Shown one piece after another: positions 57,582 through 64,000 of a stretch of 64,000 nt of DNA; within the stretch, counting starts at the first letter, position 1; every line of letters starts with the position of its first letter. The stretch comes from an uncultured Gammaproteobacteria bacterium (GTDB lineage: Bacteria > Pseudomonadota > Gammaproteobacteria > CAWCPV01): assembly GCA_963797555.1 (NCBI GenBank), contig CAWCPV010000011.1, positions 28,715 through 92,714 on the forward strand, in the 5' to 3' direction. Made by a program: the position numbers and the translations under genes. The notes below the pieces were generated by a model. It was not told the origin of the DNA. It did no database searches and saw only the letters and a program-made list of their open reading frames with translations.

Positions 57582-57878
57582 TCACCCTCTACGCTTCAGC
57601 GCCAGATGCTCCTTCATGGCCTTCTTCAAAGCCGCGTTGGGCGGCGGCGGATTGTCCAGTACCGCCATGAGGCGGTCCCAGTCCCGCTGGGACAGGGTGA
57701 TGGTCTGCTCTCCGGCGATGACGCGGTTGGCCCGCTCCAGGGCAGCGGAGATCAGGAAGGAGCTGATGGTCCTACCGGTCAGCGCTGCGGCGCGGGCGAG
57801 CCGCTCCTTGATCTCCGCAGTGGTGCGCAGGTCGATGCATTGCTGCCTCGTCTTGTCGGCGCTTGCGGTAGCACTCAT
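57582..57878 (-). CDS. DUF1778 (TacA-like) RHH antitoxin
   Basis: IDLR...K..LARAA.L.G.TISSF, LDNPPPPNAALKKA. Confidence 0.9.
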   Translation of the reverse strand: MSATASADKTRQQCIDLRTTAEIKERLARAAALTGRTISSFLISAALERANRVIAGEQTITLSQRDWDRLMAVLDNPPPPNAALKKAMKEHLALKRRG

Positions 57879-57983
57879 GTCCCTTCCCTCGGATTCCCAA
57901 CCGGGCTACTGCGTATTGTACGGATGGCGTACGCACGGGACAACGTCCGCCCTCGGGACTCGGCCTGGAACCGGGGCGGCCGA

Positions 57984-58876
57984 CTACAGCATTTCTTTCA
58001 GGCGCTTCTCGATGTATGCGCCCTCGGCGTCAGTGAGACCGAAGCACCGGAAAAGTACTTGGTCGATAGCATCCTGGATGACCTGGCTTTCCGGCGCGAG
58101 ACGGGAGCGCTCGGATCGGTTCTGCAGCACGCGGTTCGCTTCGCTCTTCTGAATCTCCCGGCTCATCTCCGCTATGCATTCCGCCACCGACTCGGGCATG
58201 ACGCCGGGGTTCGGACAGCTCTTGGCGAGGATCTCCGCCAGCTCGGGCCACTTCTTCGCGCGGCGCGGGGCCTCCAAACCGGTAACCTCCTCCGCAGGAA
58301 CGAGCGTCGGCGCTGGCAAACGGTAGATTTGATAGTGGCTGACTGCGGCGTTGGTGCTTGTAAGGCGAAAGAACCAGTCGCCGAGGCGGCTGTTCAGGAT
58401 AGCCAAGACGAAATCCAGCGAAAGAGCTGAATCTCCCTCAGGGACATAGTTGATCTTGTGGTTGCAATATTCCCCTTGAGGGATCGGAGCCGCGATGATG
58501 CGCCGAAAGTTGTTCTGCGGCGAGCTCTCCTGCCAACCGACGCGCCTCTGCTCGTGGTGGGTGGCCTTCTCGCTGTCCGGCTTGCCTTTGAGGTATTTCT
58601 TTTCCCGGAGATGAGATCGCCTCTCCCTGGGATGCCTCGCGGAGGGCATAGAGGCAAATCGTCGAGCCCCGGAGAATCTGCGGTCCATCTTTGGGGTCGT
58701 CGGAGATGAATCCTCGTTTTCCATCCGTGGTCTCGTTGATCTCGCCCTGGTGTGCGTGGCAGTAGTCGCCGAGTCGTTTCGTGTTCGTTCCGCGGGCGAT
58801 CCGCGATGCGATGTCCCAGTCCTTTTGGGTACACGTCAGTATCGGCGTGTTGTCCGAGTCGAAGCCGAGAATATCG
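57984..58876 (-). pseudogene. C-terminal (target-recognition) part of a type IIG/Eco57I-like restriction-methylase, cut by ISL3
   Basis: QGEINET, RRIIAAPIP.G..CNHKI, LAILNS..DWFFR..STN, IDQVLFRCFGLTDAE. Confidence 0.72.
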
Positions 58877-59313
58877 GGCTCTTCCCGGAATCGTGTGGGT
58901 CGCCATGCTTATGCCGCAGCGGCATCTGCCCGAGCTTCGACACCAGAGGATGTGTTGAGCGGCGAGGCGGGCAGGTGGGCGAGATTGCCGGCGATGAGGT
59001 AGGCGATGGTGATGAGCGAGTGCGTGGTGCGGTAGCCCCGGGCGCGAGCCTTAGCGGCCTGGATGAGGGAGTTGATGCCCTCGGCGCGGCCGTTGGTGAG
59101 GCCCGAGTGGAACGCAGCGAGCACGCCGTCCCAGTGCTCTTTCAGGGTGGTGGCGAGGCGTTTCATGGGCTGCAGGCGGCTACGCCGTGCCCAGCTATAC
59201 CAGCGCCCGAGGGCGCTCTCGGCCTGCTCGAGGGTGCTGGCCGTGGCGTAGATATCGCGCAGCGCCTCCTTGAGGCGCCAGGCACGGGCGGTCTGGAGGC
59301 GGCGCGGGAGGGA
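58877..59313 (-). mobile_element. ISL3-family element, 3' part
   Basis: ARAWRLKE, WARRSRLQPMK, TNGRAEGINSLIQAAKARARGYR; terminal GGCTCTTC. Confidence 0.9.
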
Positions 59314-62300
59314 GCCACGGCCAGCACCCTCGAGCAGGCCGAGAGCGCCCTCGGGGCGCTGGTATAGCTGGGCACGGCGTAGCCGCCTGCAGCCCATGAA
59401 ACGCCTCGCCACCACCCTGAAAGAGCACTGGGCACTGAGTGCTCGCTGCCTTCCCGCTCGGGCCTCACCAAGACCCACCCGAGGGCATCAACTCCCTCAT
59501 CCAGGCCGGCTGAGGCTCACGCCCGGGGTTACCCGCACCACGCACTCGGGGGTACCCATGGCCTACCTCATCGCCGGCGATCTCGCCCACCTGCCCGCCT
59601 CGCCGCTCAACACATCCTCCTCCCGTCGAAGCTTCGCGGGCAGATGCCGCTGCACACGTCGCCCGTTCACACAATTCCGGGAAGAGCCCGATATTCTCAG
59701 CTTTCAACTCGGACAACACGCCGATACTGACGTGTACCCAAAAGGACTGGGACATGGCCCCGTCGCGGATCGGCCCGCGGGACGGGACACGAAACGACTC
59801 GGCGAGCTCCTGCCACGCACGCCAGGGCGAGATCGACGGACCAGCGGATGGAAAACAAAAATCATGCTCCAACAGACCCAAAGATCGAGAGCACAAGCTC
59901 CGGGGCTCGACGATTTTGCTCTTTGCCCTCCGCGAGGCATCCCAGGGAGAGGCAATACTCCTCTCCAGGAAAAGAAATACCTCAAAAACGAGCCGGACAG
60001 CGGGAAGGCCACCCACCACAAGCAGAGGCGCAGGTAGCAGGAGCTTTCGCCGCAGAACAACTTTCGGCGCATCATCGCGGCTCCAATCCCTCAAGGGGAA
60101 TATTGGTTGGCAAATTGACTATATTCCCTGAGGGAAATTCAGCTCTTTCGCTGGATTTGCGTCTTGGCTATCCTGAACAGCCGCCTCGCGGGAGCTCGTT
60201 CTTTCGCCTTACAAGCACCAACGCCGCAGTCAGCCACTATGAAATCTACCGTTTGCCAGCGCCAACACTCGTTCCTAGGAGGAGGTTACCGGTTTGGAGG
60301 CCCCGCGCCGCGCCGAAGAAATGGCCCGAGCTAGCGGAGATCCTCACCAAGAGCTGTCCGAGCCCGGCGTAATGCCCGAGTCGGTGGCGGAATGCATAAC
60401 GGAAATGAGCCGGGAGATCAGAAGATCGAAGGGAACCGCGTGCTGCACAACCGATCCGAGCGCTCCGGTCTCGCGCCGGAAAGCCAGGCCATCCAGGATG
60501 CTATCGACCATGTGCTTTTCCGGTGCTTCGGTCTCACTGACGCCAAAGGCGCATGCGTCGAAAAGCGCCTGAAGGAAATGCTGTAGTCGGCCGCCCCGGT
60601 TCCAGGCCGAGTCCCGAGGGCGGACGTGTCCCGTGCGTACGCCATCCGTACAATACGCAGTAGCCCGGTTGGGAATCCGAGGGAAGGGACATGAGTGCTA
60701 CCGCAAGCGCCGACAAGACGAGGCAGCAATGCATCGACCTGCGCACCACTGCGGAGATCAAGGAGCGGCTCGCCCGCGCCGCAGCGCTGACCGGTAGGAC
60801 CATCAGCTCCTTCCTGATATCCGCTGCCCTGGAGCAGGCAACCGCGTCATCGCCGGAGAGCAGACCATCACCCTGTCCCAGCGGGACTGGGACCGCCTCA
60901 TGGCGGTACTGGACAAACCGCCGCCGCCCAACGCGGCTTTGAAGAAGGCCATGAAGGAGCATCTGGCGCTGAAGCGTAAGGGTGAGCCCACCCCTTTATC
61001 CATATCTCGTCATTCCGCCAGGGAATGGCGGATCCAGTCCACAGGGACGCGGGCCGATCGGCCATCCCTGGCACCTGGATTCCGGCAATCCGTGCCGGAA
61101 TGACGGCCGAGCGCAGACTTATGCGTAATGTGGTGGGCTGAGCCGCCACCCGTTCGCTTCGAACGGCTGTCCGCGAACCACGACCGCGGGACCTCCCATT
61201 GCGGACAGACTGCCCTCGACGACTACCTCCGGCAGCATGCCGGCCAGCTCGGACGGAAAGGGCTCAGCCGCACGGTCGTTGCGGCGTGTGCCTTTTTTAG
61301 CCCATATAATATCCGCACGTGTAGAGCCCACGTCATGAAATCCGTCAACGTCCGCCAGTTGAAGAACAACCCCTCCGAGGCACTGCGCATGGCTCGGGAG
61401 GAGCCGGTGGTGGTCATGAGCCGCAACCGGCCCGAGGCGCTGCTGGTGCACCTGGACGACGAAAAGCTGCTCGCCGAGCCGGGCGTGCGGCTAGCGCTCG
61501 CAACCGCGCTCTACAAAGACGACTGTGTTTCGCTTGGCCGCGGGGCGAAAATCGCAGGCATGGCGCTCGCGGAGTTCATGCAGCATGTATCCCGCCAGGG
61601 CATTCCGGTGATGAAAGGTGATGCGAAGACCGTCCGTGAGGATCTCGAGAACCTCGAAGCGTAGCGGAAGAGGCGGCCTTCGTCGACGCGAGTCCGCTGA
61701 TCGGGCTCGCGCGGGTCGGCGGCCTGGGTTGGTTGCCGAAGCTGTACCGCACCGTCTTCATCACGTGCACCGTCCGCGGTGAAATCCTGCCAGGGCGCCG
61801 GATGCCGGGCGAGACGGCAATGCGGAGCGCCTTGCGCCGGCAACAGATCCGGCTTTGCCGGTCCGAGCCGGCCGAACCCAGGTTCCCGGAACTCGATGAC
61901 AGCGAGGCGGGCGCCTTCGCGGGCGGCCCTCCATTACGGGGAAGGCGCGCTGCTCGTCATCGACGACCTCGCGGCCGCGGGACCGCGGCGGAGCGGGGAA
62001 TCCCGTTTACGGGAACAGCGGGGTGATCGTCGAAGCGAAGCGCGCCGCCGGATTAGGGCCGCGCGGCATGTTGGAACGGCTCGCCAGAGCGGCTTTCGGC
62101 TCTCACCGGAGTTAGTCGAGGGAATCCTGTGCAAGGTCGGTGAAGCGTTCGCATACGCATCCCCTACGTCATCGACAACCAGCGCCGCGTCCTGGCCAAG
62201 GTGCTGAAGGACATGCTGGCAGAATCCCATGGCCGCTCGCTGGATGTCGCCACCGCCTATTTCACGGTCGGGGGCTTCGGCTGCTACAGAAGAAGCTCTC

Positions 62301-64000
62301 GCATCTCGGCAGCTTGCGGCTGCTCCTCGGGGCGGAACCCGCTACGGGGAGAGCAGCTCGGGCTTCGCCCCGATCCGGATTTCGTGAAAGAGCGTATCCG
62401 GCGCGACCTGGAGGTGCTGCCCTTCGACGAGGCGACGCTCAGGCTCGTGGAGGATCTCATCGCCTATCTCCGCCGGGAGACTGTGGCGGTGCGGCTCCGC
62501 AGCGAGGAGTTGCTGCATGCCAAGTGCTGGCTGTTCTATTCCGACCGGCCCGGCCAGCAGATGCTGTTCGACCGCTTCCCGGCCCATCGTGGCGGTGGTG
62601 GGTTCGTCCAACTTCACCGTGCCCGGCTCACCTCCAACCGGGAGCTGAACCTGGCGCACGAGGTGGCTGGACGACTCGGAAACGGAAAACCCAGAAGCGG
62701 CCTACGCGGTGTGTGGCTCTCCGACGAGGCGGCGAGCGAGCACGTGTCGCCCGAGAACCCCAGGCTCCTCAAGAGCGAGGTCGGCGCGCGGGCCATCGTC
62801 GGCCTGGAAAACTGATTTTCCCGCCAGTGACAGGGCGCGGCGGGACTTCAAGGAGAGCTGGTCCGGCGCTGGACGAATCCGAGTTCGGCCGCCAGGAGTA
62901 CACGCCGTACCAGGTGTATGTGAAAGCGCTGTACGCCTATTTCCTGGACGACTGGCGGACGAGGCGCCGCCAGATCCACCGGCTCCGCGTGGAGCTGACC
63001 CAGTTCCGGGAAGACGCCGTAGGAAGGCCCGCGAGGTGGGCGCCGCGCCACGCGGCAATGAGTGCCGACTCGGTCGGCCTGGGAAAGACCTGAATCAGGA
63101 AAAAGCTGCTGGAAGTTCGCCATCCTGCGCCAGAAGGCGGCGGTGGTGTGCCCGGCAAGCCTGCGGGACATGTGGGAGCGGGAGCTGGCCGACACCAGCG
63201 GTTCCGGCGACCGTGCTGTCCCCAGGAGGAGCTGGGGCGCGACGAGAGGAATTCGACCCTTCGCGCTGCGCAGGACGCGGACGTGGTGTTGGGAGCAGAG
63301 ACCACGGCAACTTCCGCAACCGCAACGCTCAGCGCTTCGCGAACCTGGAGCGGGTTGCTGGGCGGGAACGGCGGACGCGGGCGGGAGGGCGCCCGCAAGA
63401 AAGTCATCCTGCTCACGGCCACCCCCATCAACAATCAGGGCCTGTTTTCGACCTCTACAACCAGCTCTCGCTCATCACACACGGTGACCGGAGCTATTTG
63501 CGGAGGCAGCCAGGCATTGGCGACCTGTACCGTTATGTGCTCCAGGCGCGACGGGATGCCCGCGGCGGGAATCCGGCGCTCGCTCTCTACAACCTATCCG
63601 AGGAAATCGTTGATCCCGGAAGAGAGCAGCCGGTCCTTCGTGCGCAAGGCGTATCCCGAGGCGGTGGATCCACCGCAAGCGTATCCACTTCCCGGAACGC
63701 CGCCTCAAGACCCGTGCGCTACAACCTGGAAGCCGCTTGCGCCCACATCTCCGAGGAGGTCGTCTCGGGAATCGAGGGATCCTCAGGCTCGCGCCGTCGC
63801 AGCCTGGAGGCCTACGAGAAAGAAGGGCGTCGCGGTGGAGGACTTCGAGGCCGGGCGCGAACAGGCGCTGGTCGGAATCTTCAAGAGCCGGTACCTGAAG
63901 CGCTTCGAATAGAGGCGTCGAGGCTTTCCGCATCAGCGTGGGCGCGCGCTCGGGGGAACATTTCGAGGAGTACCTGCTGGGCGGGTGTAGCCCTGGATGC
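59314..64000 (+). repeat. Degraded inverted duplicate of ~54590-59247 (probable fold-back artefact)
   Basis: Colinear reverse complement of ISL3-methylase-TA-helicase with dense indels; 66-nt unpaired spacer at 59248-59313. Confidence 0.93.

Noticed and set aside
59314-64000. Second set of helicase, TA and methylase genes
   Set aside because: Reverse-complement copy of the upstream DNA, probably artefactual

Overview
High-GC (Chromatiales-like, by gene content and order) gammaproteobacterial chromosomal segment, probably from a long-read assembly. Intact housekeeping blocks (rpoH, ftsY, rsmD-coaD-fdx-ggt, radC, arfB, rpmB-rpmG, copA, M16C peptidase, glcEF) are interleaved with clear decay: a wrecked cbb3 oxidase locus (ccoN'OQPG / ccoI'S), fossil ftsE(X), fossil M16 peptidase pair, DUF547, AAA and cupredoxin remnants, and IS4, IS630, 2x IS110, IS1595 and ISL3 relics. 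A modular 141/216-bp MITE family (GAG... terminal inverted repeats, TCA/TGA target duplication) occurs 7 times, often at the decay sites. A perfect CIRCE box overlaps a sigmaE-type promoter of rpoH. The right end holds a defence island (type IIG-like methylase cut by ISL3, two toxin-antitoxin modules, PLD-nuclease/SNF2 helicase). 59314-64000 is an error-rich inverted copy of ~54590-59247, most likely a fold-back read artefact. No rRNA, convincing tRNA or CRISPR array was seen. All family calls come from motif recognition, not database searches.
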